Shown piece after piece: positions 30,139 through 40,987 of a DNA stretch of 64,000 bases. The first letter of the stretch is position 1. The number at the start of each line of letters is the position of its first letter. The stretch spans positions 9,179 to 73,178 of the forward strand of contig CAYLSZ010000001.1 of assembly GCA_964386745.1 (NCBI GenBank). Direction: 5' to 3'. The notes beneath the pieces are model-generated. The model saw nothing but the letters and a program-made list of their open reading frames with translations, searched no databases and was not told where the DNA came from. The stretch is from an uncultured Staphylococcaceae bacterium (GTDB lineage: Bacteria > Bacillota_I > Bacilli_A > RFN20 > CAG-826). Made by a program: the position numbers and the translations under genes.

Positions 30139-31401
30139 TTAACAACGATAATCATCCAATTGTTTTTTGGTTGATGGTTTCTTTAATTTCTTAATTGCTT
30201 TAGCTTCGATTTGACGAATTCTTTCACGAGTGACACCAAATTCCTTTCCAACTTCTTCTAAAGTACGTGGTTTATTATCATCGATTCCATAACGTAAACG
30301 GATGACTCTTTCTTCTCTATCGGTCAAATCGCTCATTGCATCATATAATGCATTACGAATAAGAGCTTGGGAAGTATATTCAGTAGGTGAGATACTATCT
30401 TTATCTTCTACGAAATCGCCTAAGTGTGAATCGTCTTCTTCACCAATTGGGCTTTCTAAAGAAACTGGTTCAAGAGCAATTCTTTGAATTTCGCGAATCT
30501 TGTCTGGAGTCATAGCACCATGCATTTCTTCGCTAATTTCTTCAGCGGTTGGATCACGTCCATATTTTTGAACGAGTTGTCTTTGAACTCTTGTAATCTT
30601 ATTAATAGTTTCGACCATGTGAACAGGGATACGAATTGTACGGGCTTGGTCGGCAATTGCACGAGTAATAGCTTGTCTAATCCACCAAGTTGCATAAGTT
30701 GAAAATTTAAAATTCTTGGTATAATCGAATTTTTCGACAGCTTTCATTAAACCCAAGTTGCCTTCTTCGATTAAGTCTAAGAATTGCATACCGCGACCGA
30801 TATAGTGTTTTGCAATCGAAACGACTAAACGTAAGTTGGCGGTAATTAATTTTTTCTTGGCATTGGTATCACCCGCTAATATACGTTTAGCAAGTTCTTG
30901 TTCTTCGCTAGCTTTTAATAAAGGTACGCGCCCAATATCTTTTAAATATAATTTAACACTATCAGTGATTTTTCCATCGGAAGCTTCATAAACATCTAGA
31001 TTATTAGTATCGATATTAGCAACGCTTTCTTTTTCTTCATCCGAAACATCATCGAAACCATCATCGATTTCATCGAACTCATCCATGTCTTCATCTTCGC
31101 TAAATGCGCTATCATCGATTTCATCTAAATCGACATCTTCATCACCTGCTTCAGAAACGATTTGATAGCCGATAGTTTTAAAGTGTTCGAAAACTTTTTC
31201 TAAATCATCATCAGTCAAATCAAGATAATTTGTCGCTTCGATAAATTCATCTTGATCAAAGGTTTTTGTCTTTTTACCTTTTGATTCAAATTCTTTAACA
31301 ATTGTGCCTAATGATTTAATAGTTTCTTCTTCACTCGAATCGAAATCGAGTTCATCTAAAACTTCGTTTTCTCCTTCAACTTTTTTACTTTTTCTAGCCA
31401 T
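30139..31401 (-). CDS. sigA: RNA polymerase primary sigma factor
   Basis: Acidic region 1 followed by regions 2 to 4 ([37 protein letters not shown]). Confidence 0.95.
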   Translation of the reverse strand: MARKSKKVEGENEVLDELDFDSSEEETIKSLGTIVKEFESKGKKTKTFDQDEFIEATNYLDLTDDDLEKVFEHFKTIGYQIVSEAGDEDVDLDEIDDSAFSEDEDMDEFDEIDDGFDDVSDEEKESVANIDTNNLDVYEASDGKITDSVKLYLKDIGRVPLLKASEEQELAKRILAGDTNAKKKLITANLRLVVSIAKHYIGRGMQFLDLIEEGNLGLMKAVEKFDYTKNFKFSTYATWWIRQAITRAIADQARTIRIPVHMVETINKITRVQRQLVQKYGRDPTAEEISEEMHGAMTPDKIREIQRIALEPVSLESPIGEEDDSHLGDFVEDKDSISPTEYTSQALIRNALYDAMSDLTDREERVIRLRYGIDDNKPRTLEEVGKEFGVTRERIRQIEAKAIKKLKKPSTKKQLDDYRC

Positions 31402-33235
31402 TTAATTTACCTCCCTTTTTCTTTTGAAAATAGACATCGCCTTCTCTAGGATCGTTAGAATTTTTAACCATTCTTTTTTCTTTAGTTTCTTCACGCAATT
31501 TATTGTATTGCTTCAATGTGGTATTTAATTCCTTCTCGCTATAAGGCGGAATCGACATAATTTTATTGCTGTCATACATAATTTGACTTATGTTATCAAC
31601 GATAGTTTCCGGATCATCTTCAACCTCAGCAGTATTTAGATAATTAATGACCTTATTAATATCTAGTGCTCCCTCAGTTGGATCTTGTTCAATATAGCGA
31701 TATAACGCATTCGATATTTCGCGATATACTTTGTTTACAAAGTATATTTCTGGATAATCTTGAACAATTTTGATGCCATCTTTATTTTGCAGCATGAAGT
31801 AGACGATTCGATGCTGCATTCTATCTAACTTATCTTTTGGATTTAAGACTTGGTGCTTTGTAGGCACAGCTAATGTTGGTTTTTTATTAACTGGGCCATT
31901 AGCTTCTTTATGCTTTTTAACCTTATCGAAGTAATCATATAAGATAGGTTTATCGAATCCGGTTAATGATGCTAGTTGATTTATAAATCCATTGATATCC
32001 AATTCGTTATCCATCTTAGCGACTTCAGGCATAATCTTTTCGATAAATGTTCGTTTATCAGCTGAATTACTAAGATTTAACGATTTTGAATAATATCGAA
32101 TAAGCCAATCAGTCTTTTCTATTAAGTCATCAAGATATTCAACTAAAGTATCTTTCCCGTATTTTTCTAAGATCTCATCGGAGTCTTTTTCAATAAATGA
32201 TACGGCAGGATTAACGATTTTATATCTAACTCCAGCATTGTCGAATTTTTGAACAACCGCTAGTGTATTAAGTTGACCAGCATTATCTAAATCAAGACAA
32301 ATACGTACTTCACAGTTTAACTTCTTAATTTCTTTAACATGGTCATCAGTAAGAGCAGTTCCCATTAATGCAATCGCATTTTTTCTACCAATTCGATATA
32401 ACGCGATAACATCCATAAAGCCTTCGAGCAAATATAGATATCCACTTCGGCGCGCTTCGTCTTTTGCATTATGAAGGTTATATAAAATTGTCCCCTTATT
32501 AAATGCTGCTGTCGCACTTGTGTTTATATATTTAGCTTCATCGTTGTTGTCATTTATTCTTCTGGCGCTAAATCCAACAACTTGTCCATCAATTTTCTTA
32601 ATTGGGAAGATGACTCTACCCGCATTATTATCGCGAATTGTCATCGATTGAGTATTAATTCGACCTATACCCGTTCTTTCAATCGTCTTAATCGAAAATT
32701 CGCGAGCGGTTAAATAATTAATAATATTTATTCCATCATCTAACGAGTAACCGATTTCAAAATAGCGAATCGTTTCGTCATCAATATGTCTATTGTGCAA
32801 GTAAGTTAATCCTTTTTTACCTAATTCGCTTTGGAATAAGGCCGTTTCATAAAATTGATTTATAGCAGATAAACAGTTATAAAGCGATTCAAGTTCAGGA
32901 TTAATTTTCTTCTTGGTAAAAGTAGTTGCGTTTAATCTTTCATCATTAAATCCGATAGTTTTAGCAACTTCGCGAACAGCTTCTGCATAGGAAATTTTTT
33001 CATAATCACGAATAAAAGTTATCGCATTGCCGCTATGTCCACAAACGAAGCATTTATAAATTTTCTTCTCACGATTAATCATTAATGATGGATTAGTATC
33101 ATCGTGAAAAGGGCAGATAGCCTTAAAACTTCTGCCAGCAGGCGTAACTTTTATGCGACTTGAAATAACTTCGACAATATCAGCTGTTTCAATTATTTCA
33201 TTAGCAACATCAAATAAGGCGTTACTGTTGCTCAT
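31394..33235 (-). CDS. dnaG: DNA primase
   Basis: 613 aa with an N-terminal CHC2 zinc finger ([10 protein letters not shown]...CFVCG) and a TOPRIM domain. Confidence 0.93.
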   Translation of the reverse strand: MSNSNALFDVANEIIETADIVEVISSRIKVTPAGRSFKAICPFHDDTNPSLMINREKKIYKCFVCGHSGNAITFIRDYEKISYAEAVREVAKTIGFNDERLNATTFTKKKINPELESLYNCLSAINQFYETALFQSELGKKGLTYLHNRHIDDETIRYFEIGYSLDDGINIINYLTAREFSIKTIERTGIGRINTQSMTIRDNNAGRVIFPIKKIDGQVVGFSARRINDNNDEAKYINTSATAAFNKGTILYNLHNAKDEARRSGYLYLLEGFMDVIALYRIGRKNAIALMGTALTDDHVKEIKKLNCEVRICLDLDNAGQLNTLAVVQKFDNAGVRYKIVNPAVSFIEKDSDEILEKYGKDTLVEYLDDLIEKTDWLIRYYSKSLNLSNSADKRTFIEKIMPEVAKMDNELDINGFINQLASLTGFDKPILYDYFDKVKKHKEANGPVNKKPTLAVPTKHQVLNPKDKLDRMQHRIVYFMLQNKDGIKIVQDYPEIYFVNKVYREISNALYRYIEQDPTEGALDINKVINYLNTAEVEDDPETIVDNISQIMYDSNKIMSIPPYSEKELNTTLKQYNKLREETKEKRMVKNSNDPREGDVYFQKKKGGKLNG

Positions 33236-34608
33236 CTATATGTTGTTTTCTCCAATAAATATTTGAGTAAATCAGAAATTTTTATACGTTCTTGTTGCAT
33301 AGAGTCACGGTCACGAACTGTGACTGCTTCATCATTTAACGTATCAAAGTCGACGGTTATACAATATGGAGTACCAATTTCATCATTACGACGATATCTT
33401 TTACCAATTGAACCTGCTTCATCATAGTTAACATTAAAATAAGGGGTTAAAGAATCTAAAACTTCTTTAGCTTTATCATTAAGTTGCTTTGATAAAGGTA
33501 AAACACAAGCTTTATAAGGAGCTAAAAATGCAGGTAAATGCATTACTTTTCTAACATCGTTGTTTGGAAGAGTTTCTTCATCATAAGAATTACAAACAAC
33601 CGTTAAGAACAATCTTTCTAAACCTAAAGAAGGTTCAATACAATATGGAACATATTTTTCATTAGTGTCTGGATCGAGATATTCTAAGCTTTCGCCGCTA
33701 TATTGCATATGACGTTTTAAATCATAATCGGTTCTATCTGCAATACCCCATATTTCTCCCCAACCAAATGGGAATTTATATTCAATATCAGTAGTTGCTT
33801 TGCTATAGAAAGCAAGTTCTTCTGGTTCATGATCACGGAAACGAAGATTTTCTTCTTTAATATTTAATGATTTAACAAAATCAATACAATAATTTTTCCA
33901 ATAATTGAACCATTCTAAATCAGTTCCAGGCTTACAGAAAAATTCGAGTTCGCATTGGTCGAATTCTCTAACTCTAAAGATAAAGTTTCCAGGAGTAATT
34001 TCGTTTCTAAAAGCCTTACCAGTATTAGCGATACCGAAAGGCAATTTCTTTCTAGTAGTACGTTGAACATTTTTAAAGTTTACGAACACACCTTGAGCAG
34101 TTTCAGGTCTTAAATAGACCGTGCTCTTACTATCTTCAGTAACGCCAATAAATGTTTTAAACATCATATTGAATTGGCGAATATCAGTAAAATTAGTTTT
34201 GCCACAATTCTTACATTTGATTTCGTGTTCATGTAAAAAACTATTTAAATCATCAATAGTCATGCTATTGGTGTTAACATCAGGATATTGTTCGCTTATT
34301 AAGTCATCAGCGCGGTATCTACTATGGCATGACTTACAATCGATTAATGGATCGTTGAAAGTTGCAACGTGGCCAGTAGCTTCCCAAACCTTAGGATTCA
34401 TTAAAATAGCGGAATCAATTCCAACGTTTAGCTTTGAATCGTGGACAAACTTTTTCCACCATAGATTTCTAATATTTTGTTTAAGTTCACTACCGAGTGG
34501 ACCATAATCCCAAGAATTAGAAAGACCACCATAAATTTGTGAACCTTGATAAATATATCCGGTAGTTTGTAAGTGCGTAACAATTTTATCGAACTCGATG
34601 TCAGCCAT
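33232..34608 (-). CDS. glyQS: glycyl-tRNA synthetase (alpha2 type)
   Basis: Start at MADIEF with RBS GGGAGGGAGA upstream. The track ORF carries 29 extra N-terminal codons that overlap a repeat copy in the leader. Confidence 0.88.
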   Translation of the reverse strand: MADIEFDKIVTHLQTTGYIYQGSQIYGGLSNSWDYGPLGSELKQNIRNLWWKKFVHDSKLNVGIDSAILMNPKVWEATGHVATFNDPLIDCKSCHSRYRADDLISEQYPDVNTNSMTIDDLNSFLHEHEIKCKNCGKTNFTDIRQFNMMFKTFIGVTEDSKSTVYLRPETAQGVFVNFKNVQRTTRKKLPFGIANTGKAFRNEITPGNFIFRVREFDQCELEFFCKPGTDLEWFNYWKNYCIDFVKSLNIKEENLRFRDHEPEELAFYSKATTDIEYKFPFGWGEIWGIADRTDYDLKRHMQYSGESLEYLDPDTNEKYVPYCIEPSLGLERLFLTVVCNSYDEETLPNNDVRKVMHLPAFLAPYKACVLPLSKQLNDKAKEVLDSLTPYFNVNYDEAGSIGKRYRRNDEIGTPYCITVDFDTLNDEAVTVRDRDSMQQERIKISDLLKYLLEKTTYR

Positions 34609-34620
34609 AATCTCCCTCCC

Positions 34621-34665
34621 TTTTTGAATTTTTATGTGGATTCTGCAGGGTTTTCCTGCAAAACA
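34621..34665 (-). repeat. CTGCAG-core repeat, copy 5 (glyQS 5' leader)
   Basis: Minus strand reads GTTTTGCAGGAAAACCCTGCAGAATCCACATAAAAATTCAAAAAGG. Confidence 0.8.
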
Positions 34666-34727
34666 AGTGCTTTTTAACCCATTTGCAATTATCAATACGT
34701 TATTAAAAATCGCAAAAAACTAGCAAT

Positions 34728-34755
34728 ATTATAGTGTTTTATAATGTCTTGTCAA
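34728..34755 (-). promoter_or_regulatory. sigma-A promoter of glyQS
   Basis: TTGACA, 16 nt, TATAAT, giving a leader of about 110 nt that contains CTGCAG repeat copy 5. No T-box sequence is present. Confidence 0.6.
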
Positions 34756-34773
34756 CCAACTATCAGTGTTCTT

Positions 34774-35457
34774 TTATAAAATCAAACTAATAGCGTTGAT
34801 CTTCGTATCGATATGACTTTCATAAAAAATTACAAGCATTTTGAGCAATCTCAAGTAGTCAAAACTTTCGACATATGCAGGTACTTTTTTATTAAAAACT
34901 TGCTTCAAAAATTCCTCTTCTTCATCCACTAAAGGGAAGGTATTATTATCAATTAATTCGTTAACCAATTTACCTTCATTTAAAGATAAATAGCCGTATG
35001 AATCATTCAGTTTACAATCAATTCCAATGCCTAATAAAACCAAAAGTTTCGCAATAAATAATGCAATTAAATAGTATTCATCAGCGTTTTTCTCTAGCTT
35101 ATTAAGCACGTAATTTACTAATTTATATAAGAAAGGAAAATCATCTATTCCATCTACACCTTTTAAAGTCATCTCACTTATAAAATTAAGTGCGACACTC
35201 TTTTTATAATCGTTTTCAAACTCGTAATAATATTTAGTAGCATTACAAGCTTTTAGTTTATCGCCACCAACCTTGCCTTGATAGATTTCATAATCACCTT
35301 CAATAAAGGCTTTTGAAAAAATATGGTTCTTATTATTTATAGAAAATATACTCTTCCCTAAAACAGGAACCAGCCCTTCTTCAGTAAGAATATTTATAAT
35401 TCCATCGTTATCACGATATTGACTTACAAGCAAAGAAATTCCGTGAATAACTTTCAT
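34774..35457 (-). CDS. recO: DNA repair protein RecO
   Basis: Probable start at MKVIHGIS overlapping the era stop (ATGA overlap). Synteny era-recO. Confidence 0.72.
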   Translation of the reverse strand: MKVIHGISLLVSQYRDNDGIINILTEEGLVPVLGKSIFSINNKNHIFSKAFIEGDYEIYQGKVGGDKLKACNATKYYYEFENDYKKSVALNFISEMTLKGVDGIDDFPFLYKLVNYVLNKLEKNADEYYLIALFIAKLLVLLGIGIDCKLNDSYGYLSLNEGKLVNELIDNNTFPLVDEEEEFLKQVFNKKVPAYVESFDYLRLLKMLVIFYESHIDTKINAISLIL

Positions 35458-36329
35458 CAAATATAGCCTATTTTTTTCAAAAACTCTGCAGAATCGCGCC
35501 AATTTTCATGAACTTGCACTCTAAGTTCAAGATTAACGTGGCGGCCAAGTAAGGCTTCAATATCCTTTCTAGATGCAATTCCGATGCGTTTAATCATCTT
35601 GCCGCCTTTACCAATCACGATGCCTTTTTGTGATTCTCTTTCGACTACAATTTTGGCATAGATATCAAGTTGTTTATTCGATTGATCAATATCATCACAA
35701 ATAACAGCAACGCCATGAGGCACTTCATCTTTTAATTGATATAAACACTTCTCACGAATAATTTCTTGAATTCTAAATTTAACATCGCGATCAGTCGTTT
35801 GGTTTACATCATAGTATTGAGCACCATCTTCGAGCTTGCTCTTAATCAAATCTAATAAACCGTCGATATTGAAAGGCTTAGTAGCACATATTTCTATTTC
35901 ATCTGCATCAGGATATATTTCTTTATAAAGTTCTTTAAGACTCAAAATAAGATTGATATTAGTTAAGTCAATCTTGTTAAAGACTAAAACCACTGGACAA
36001 TCAAACTTTAATCTATTGGTTAGCTCTTCATCATAATCATCAAATTTACGCGAAGCATCAATAATAAATAAAGCTAGATCGCTTTCACGTATTTTGCGAT
36101 ACGCTTTTTTATCTAAAGCCTCACCTAAAGTATTATGAGGTTTATGAATTCCAGGAGTATCGATGAAAATAATTTGCGAATCATCATCATTATAAATACC
36201 TAAAATATCATCTCGTGTCGTTTGAGATTTAGGAGAAACGATTGAGATTTTTTCACCAATTATTTCATTTAAGATGGTCGATTTCCCAACATTTGGTCGA
36301 CCTACTATCGATACGAACCCCGATTTCAT
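35457..36329 (-). CDS. era: GTPase Era
   Basis: G1 motif GRPNVGKST plus a KH domain. Confidence 0.95.
   Translation of the reverse strand: MKSGFVSIVGRPNVGKSTILNEIIGEKISIVSPKSQTTRDDILGIYNDDDSQIIFIDTPGIHKPHNTLGEALDKKAYRKIRESDLALFIIDASRKFDDYDEELTNRLKFDCPVVLVFNKIDLTNINLILSLKELYKEIYPDADEIEICATKPFNIDGLLDLIKSKLEDGAQYYDVNQTTDRDVKFRIQEIIREKCLYQLKDEVPHGVAVICDDIDQSNKQLDIYAKIVVERESQKGIVIGKGGKMIKRIGIASRKDIEALLGRHVNLELRVQVHENWRDSAEFLKKIGYI
35468..35510 (+). repeat. CTGCAG-core repeat, copy 6 (era 3' end, antisense, at the era/recO junction)
   Basis: TTTTTTTCAAAAACTCTGCAGAATCGCGCCAATTTTCATGAAC. Confidence 0.75.
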
Positions 36330-36332
36330 AAT

Positions 36333-36734
36333 TTACTCCAAATCTTCAGGCTTAAAAGAATAAGGCAAAAGGTCTTCTTTTTTGATTTCGACCACATCAC
36401 CTTTTAAGTTAGCTAATACGATTGGTGCACCATCTGGTAAAAGTTCATCGATTACTTGTCGACAAGCTCCGCATGGTGAACATGGACCTTCTGTATCAGC
36501 AACGACCGCTAAAGCAACAATATCTTCTTTCTTATAACCTAAACAATAAGTTTGGAAAATCGTATTTCTTTCAGCGCACATCGAAAGTCCATAAGATGAA
36601 TTTTCGATATTGGTGCCTGAAATAATTTTGCCATTCGTAAGTAAAATAGCCGCTCCAACTTTAAAATGAGAATATGGTGAATAACTATTTTCACGGGCTT
36701 TGATTGCCGCATCTATTAATTTCTTTTGATCCAT
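36333..36734 (-). CDS. cdd: cytidine deaminase
   Basis: Zinc ligands CAE...PCGACRQ. Confidence 0.9.
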   Translation of the reverse strand: MDQKKLIDAAIKARENSYSPYSHFKVGAAILLTNGKIISGTNIENSSYGLSMCAERNTIFQTYCLGYKKEDIVALAVVADTEGPCSPCGACRQVIDELLPDGAPIVLANLKGDVVEIKKEDLLPYSFKPEDLE

Positions 36735-36741
36735 AATAACC

Positions 36742-37191
36742 TCACATATCTAGTATTTTATCTTGAAGATCGAACATAACTTTTTCATCTTCTTCTTTCA
36801 TATGGTCATAACCAAATAAATGTAATAAACCGTGAACAAATAAGAATTTTAATTCCCTATTTAATGAATTTCCATATTTTTGAGCGTTTTCTCTAGCAAC
36901 ATCGACACAAATATAGATTTCTCCTAATGGAATTCCAACTGGAGTCTTTATAGCGCTATAATCTTCGACGTTATCTAAAAAAGCGAAAGAAATTACATCA
37001 GTTTCTCTATCTATTCCACGGTAATTTTTATTTAGTTCGTGAATTGTTTTTCTATCGACGAGCGTTACATCAAAACTATAGTTTTCTTCTTTACCTAAAA
37101 CCTTTAATGTTTTATCAAATAATTCGTTATAAGTGGTTTCTAATTCGTCGATTTTTTCAGTTGTATCATTACAAAATAACAATTCGCTCAT
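36742..37191 (-). CDS. ybeY: rRNA maturation endoribonuclease YbeY
   Basis: HGLLHLFGYDH motif. Confidence 0.92.
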   Translation of the reverse strand: MSELLFCNDTTEKIDELETTYNELFDKTLKVLGKEENYSFDVTLVDRKTIHELNKNYRGIDRETDVISFAFLDNVEDYSAIKTPVGIPLGEIYICVDVARENAQKYGNSLNRELKFLFVHGLLHLFGYDHMKEEDEKVMFDLQDKILDM

Positions 37192-37221
37192 GCCATAATT
37201 ATACTAAATTATGAGGCTAAA

Positions 37222-38424
37222 TTAACCAAAATAATGCAAGTACTGGTTCCTATAATTCTTTATTTTTTCGACATCAAATCCAATATCCAAGATTTTAGAG
37301 AAATTATCTTGCAAATATAGATACATAAAGAAATGGAAAAGCATATAATTGGTGTTTATAAACCCGGTAAATCCTAAATAAATTAAGACAATCGCAATCG
37401 TTATAAACATCAAGAAATACTTCTTAAAATTATGGAATCCTATGAAATTATACGATTCGTTATTTAACTCTCTTAACATTCGTTTAAAAGTATCGATTGG
37501 CGTATCTTTTTGCTTAAATAATGTCTTTTCGATAAGTTCTAGTCGCGCTTTTTTACTTAGCCGCACCCTTTGTTCATATAGCTTGAAGGCAACTAAAATT
37601 AAGAACGTCATTCCGACAAGTAAGATGTTATAAACATCGTTAATTCCAAGGATAAATAAACCAAATACCAATATCATCGCTGACCCAATAAATTTTACTG
37701 GAGTCGTGATAAGCGAATATTTATAGTTAATTAAGTTCTCGTAATAATCGCTGAAATTATTCTTTAATTCAGTGATTCGATCGCTATTAACAACGTTTTT
37801 ATCAAAATTCTTCAAACAATATATAACGACCTTCTGATACAAAAACTCAAATACTACAAAGGCTGTAAATAAAAGGACAGGGATGAGGAAACTATAATCT
37901 GGATCGATAAATAATAAAGCAGTAAATAAGGCAAGAAAACTAATTATTTGTAAAATTATCGATAGAACCATGAATCGCTTTGGATATACTTTGACTTTTT
38001 GAGGTTTAAAATCACTTCCTCTTGCTTCTAAAACCTCTAAAACTTCACCATTCCAAAGCTTGAAAAGATTTTGATGCGAAAGTTTATATATTCCAGTAGC
38101 AGGATCATAAATTTTGACGCTCTTTTTCAAAATCTTTTTAAGGACGACCATATGTAACTGACCATCTTTGCCTTTAAATAGGATAAGCATCGGCGTCTTT
38201 TTCTTATTATTAAATAAGTCATTCTTATCCTGATAGCGATAGGCAAGTAGCGTTACCCCTTCATTTTCAGCAATTTTGATTAACTCACCTAAGGTCACCT
38301 TCCTTTTTATATCCCCGTGAGGATAATAAAGGAAATCCTTGTTCTTGTAAGTCATCGCAAGCAGCATCTTTAATGATGTGATACCACAATCGTTATCACC
38401 GAGCTGTTTAATGTAATATTTCAT
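37222..38424 (-). CDS. membrane protein with an N-terminal papain-like C39 peptidase-like domain and no ABC ATPase domain
   Basis: QLGDNDCGITSLKMLLAMTY matches the C39 catalytic Cys motif, and a His lies downstream (GQLHMVV). Six or more TM helices follow. The likely start is the ATG at 38424 behind RBS GGAGGA; the track start is a GTG 6 codons upstream. Confidence 0.65.
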   Translation of the reverse strand: MKYYIKQLGDNDCGITSLKMLLAMTYKNKDFLYYPHGDIKRKVTLGELIKIAENEGVTLLAYRYQDKNDLFNNKKKTPMLILFKGKDGQLHMVVLKKILKKSVKIYDPATGIYKLSHQNLFKLWNGEVLEVLEARGSDFKPQKVKVYPKRFMVLSIILQIISFLALFTALLFIDPDYSFLIPVLLFTAFVVFEFLYQKVVIYCLKNFDKNVVNSDRITELKNNFSDYYENLINYKYSLITTPVKFIGSAMILVFGLFILGINDVYNILLVGMTFLILVAFKLYEQRVRLSKKARLELIEKTLFKQKDTPIDTFKRMLRELNNESYNFIGFHNFKKYFLMFITIAIVLIYLGFTGFINTNYMLFHFFMYLYLQDNFSKILDIGFDVEKIKNYRNQYLHYFG

Positions 38425-38427
38425 GGA

Positions 38428-38480
38428 AAATTCCTCCTTCACTTACAAGTACGTTTGAATTTGGAACTTTTTGCAAAAAA
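38428..38480 (-). promoter_or_regulatory. conserved upstream element (copy C): ...AAAGTTCCAAATTCAAACGTACTTGTAAGTGAAGGAGG
   Basis: Shares the core AAACGTACTTGTAAGTGA(A)GGAGG with the elements at 13384..13440 and 59289..59340. Confidence 0.7.
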
Positions 38481-38502
38481 AATGCGATTTTAATAAATCG
38501 CA
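38472..38502 (-). terminator. rho-independent terminator of rpsU
   Basis: On the minus strand, hairpin TGCGATTT-ATTA-AAATCGCA followed by TTTTTTTT. Confidence 0.65.
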
Positions 38503-38536
38503 ATTTTATAAGGTCTAGTCTAGATTTTGTCTATTT

Positions 38537-38710
38537 TTATCTATATTTCTTTCTAGCGTTTTCAGATTTTAACTTTCTTTTTAAGTTCTTTTTTAAGAAG
38601 AATTCACGCTTACGGCATTCTTGAATAATACCAGCTTTATTGACTTGACGTTTAAATTTTCTTAAACCTTCATCTAATGTTTCGCCTTCTTTGATGACTA
38701 CTTTTGGCAT
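38537..38710 (-). CDS. rpsU: 30S ribosomal protein S21
   Basis: Translated by hand as MPKVVIKEGETLDEGLRKFKRQVNKAGIIQECRKREFFLKKNLKRKLKSENARKKYR (57 aa). It is below the ORF-track length cutoff. Confidence 0.85.
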   Translation of the reverse strand: MPKVVIKEGETLDEGLRKFKRQVNKAGIIQECRKREFFLKKNLKRKLKSENARKKYR

Positions 38711-38777
38711 TTTCTAATTCACCACCCTTCGTTCTACTTTATATATATTCGAATTTAAACTATTCAATTAATTGAAT

Positions 38778-39413
38778 TTACATTAATTTGGCGCCGCTAC
38801 TGGTACCAATTCTAGTGGCTCCAGCTTCGACAAATTCTAATAATTCTTCATGGGTTCTAACGCCACCTGCGGCTTTAACACCCATTTCAGGTCCAACCGT
38901 TTTTCTCATTAAGGCAACATCTTCGATTTTTGCGCCCCATTTTGAAAATCCGGTACTTGTTTTAACAAAGTCAGCTTTTGCTTTTTTACTAGCTAAACAG
39001 GCGCGAACTTTTTCTTCATCCGTTAATAAGCAGCATTCGATAATAACTTTTAAGCAAGTATCGCCGATTGCTTCTTTAATTTGTCTAATCTCGTTATACA
39101 CATATTCATCTTCGCCATCTTTAAGTTTTGAGATATTGATGACCATATCGACTTCATCAGCACCTTTAGCAACAGCATCTTTAGCTTCAAAAACTTTAGC
39201 TTCAGTCGTCATAGCTCCTAAAGGGAAACCGATAACCGTACAAACTAAAACGTCACTTCCTTCGAGTTCTTTTTTAGCTAATTCAATAAATGATGGATTG
39301 ATACAAACTGATTTAAAGTTATACGCTTTAGATTCTTTACATAAAGCGATAATTTCTTCGTTTGTTCCATCCGCTTTTAATAATGTGTTGTCGATTAGTT
39401 TGTTATATTCCAT
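38778..39413 (-). CDS. deoC: deoxyribose-phosphate aldolase
   Basis: 211 aa class I aldolase with the Schiff-base Lys region (FVKTSTGF). Confidence 0.9.
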   Translation of the reverse strand: MEYNKLIDNTLLKADGTNEEIIALCKESKAYNFKSVCINPSFIELAKKELEGSDVLVCTVIGFPLGAMTTEAKVFEAKDAVAKGADEVDMVINISKLKDGEDEYVYNEIRQIKEAIGDTCLKVIIECCLLTDEEKVRACLASKKAKADFVKTSTGFSKWGAKIEDVALMRKTVGPEMGVKAAGGVRTHEELLEFVEAGATRIGTSSGAKLM

Positions 39414-39424
39414 ATTTAGTTAAA

Positions 39425-39610
39425 TTAAGCAGCCTTTTTGCCTTTAATAACTTGTTTACCATCATAGTATCCGCAATGTGGGCAAACAGTATGTTGTTTA
39501 ATCATTTCGCCGCAATGAGCACAAGTTGTAACACCAGTAGTTGTCAAACTAATGTGTGATCTTCTTTGTCTTTTAGCAGTTTTACTAGTTCTTCTAAATG
39601 GTACAGCCAT
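39425..39610 (-). CDS. rpmF: 50S ribosomal protein L32
   Basis: MAVPFRRTSKTAKRQRRSH with a CxxC...CxxC zinc ribbon. Confidence 0.9.
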   Translation of the reverse strand: MAVPFRRTSKTAKRQRRSHISLTTTGVTTCAHCGEMIKQHTVCPHCGYYDGKQVIKGKKAA

Positions 39611-39700
39611 AAACTACACCTCCTTTACGCAAATCATAATTATAGTAATATAAATTTATAAGACAAGTATAAAATTTTGACATTGTCAAAAAACTTAAAT

Positions 39701-40987
39701 TTATTCGATGATTGCGTTATTTTTTGTGTATTTATGAGTGACAATTTGGCCTTTTATATCTTTGTCGGACTTTATAAAAGTGCACAAATAGTTTGATGAA
39801 TGAGCTTTATATCCACCAAGTTTTTTATCGTAAGATTCGACTAAAAATTCGATTTCTTGATCATAAAAGTGCGAGATATATTCTTCTTCTAATTTTGTCG
39901 ATAGTTCGAGTAATTTATGGACTCTTTCTTTTTTAACTTTTTCGTCAACCTTTGGATAAATTTGACTTGCTTTTGTCCCTTTTCTATCGCTATAAGGGAA
40001 AACATGTACTTTAGAAAATTGTATATTCTTTATAAACTCGTAAGTCTTTAAAAATTCCTCATCGGTCTCGGTTGGATAGCCTACAATTACGTCAGTTGTG
40101 ATAGCTATGTTTTTACGAATTCGTCTAAGATCTGCAGCGTTTTTTTCAAAATTAGCCAGTTTATACTTACGGTTCATGTCCTTTAAAACCTTCTCTGAAC
40201 CGCTTTGTAAAGGGATATGAAGATGGTTAGCAATGTTAGGATATTTTTTTAATAGATATATAAATTTCTCATCTATTTGACTCTCTTCAATCGAGGAAAT
40301 ACGGATGCGATATAGCTCAGGAAAAGCGACTAAAATCTTCTCTAATAAATCTGAAAAAGTTATATCTTCTTTTAAATCTTTACCATAACTTCCTTGATCA
40401 ATTCCGGTTAAAACAATTTCTTTATAACCGTTATCGATTAAGTCTTTAATCTCTTTTAAAATTTCTTCACTATCACGACTTCTTGAGCGACCGCGAATGT
40501 AAGGAATTAAACAATACGAACAAAAATTATTGCACCCATCTTGAATCTTTACAAACGCTCTAGTTCTATCAAAATATTTCTTAATAGCGATATTTTCATA
40601 GTCTTTTATTTCTTTAAAAGTATCGACTAATACAATGTTTTTCTTGTTTTCGATATAATTTTCGACTAATTCAATAACATCGTCTCTATGGCTTGTCCCT
40701 AAAACGATATTTGCCCCATTATTAGCAAAGTATTCACCATCATTTTGTGAGGCGCAACCCATAACAAGGATAATTGCGTTCTCATAATTTTTTCTATATC
40801 TACGAAAAATTTTCTTAGATTTTGTGGAGCTCGTTTCAGTGACTGCGCACGTATTTAAAACGATTAAATCGACATCTTTTTCACCTTTTTTGGCTTCAAA
40901 AAACCCGTGTTCTATAAGCTTTTCATTGATAGCTATCGACTCGTAGCTATTTACTTTACATCCTAAAAAATCGCAGATAAATTTCAT
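39701..40987 (-). CDS. mtaB: radical-SAM methylthiotransferase of the MiaB/RimO family, probably MtaB (YqeV)
   Basis: MTTase N-terminal domain, CxxxCxxC (CNNFCSYC) and a TRAM domain. Synteny with rsmE and dnaJ. Confidence 0.82.
   Translation of the reverse strand: MKFICDFLGCKVNSYESIAINEKLIEHGFFEAKKGEKDVDLIVLNTCAVTETSSTKSKKIFRRYRKNYENAIILVMGCASQNDGEYFANNGANIVLGTSHRDDVIELVENYIENKKNIVLVDTFKEIKDYENIAIKKYFDRTRAFVKIQDGCNNFCSYCLIPYIRGRSRSRDSEEILKEIKDLIDNGYKEIVLTGIDQGSYGKDLKEDITFSDLLEKILVAFPELYRIRISSIEESQIDEKFIYLLKKYPNIANHLHIPLQSGSEKVLKDMNRKYKLANFEKNAADLRRIRKNIAITTDVIVGYPTETDEEFLKTYEFIKNIQFSKVHVFPYSDRKGTKASQIYPKVDEKVKKERVHKLLELSTKLEEEYISHFYDQEIEFLVESYDKKLGGYKAHSSNYLCTFIKSDKDIKGQIVTHKYTKNNAIIE
40120..40172 (-). 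repeat. CTGCAG-core repeat, copy 7 (inside mtaB, sense)
   Basis: Minus strand reads GAAAAAAACGCTGCAGATCTTAGACGAATTCGTAAAAAC. Confidence 0.75.

Noticed and set aside
38788-39423. 211-aa ORF on the plus strand exactly antisense to deoC
   Set aside because: Low-complexity Ser/Ala/Leu-rich translation. It is a shadow ORF of the well-supported deoC on the minus strand.
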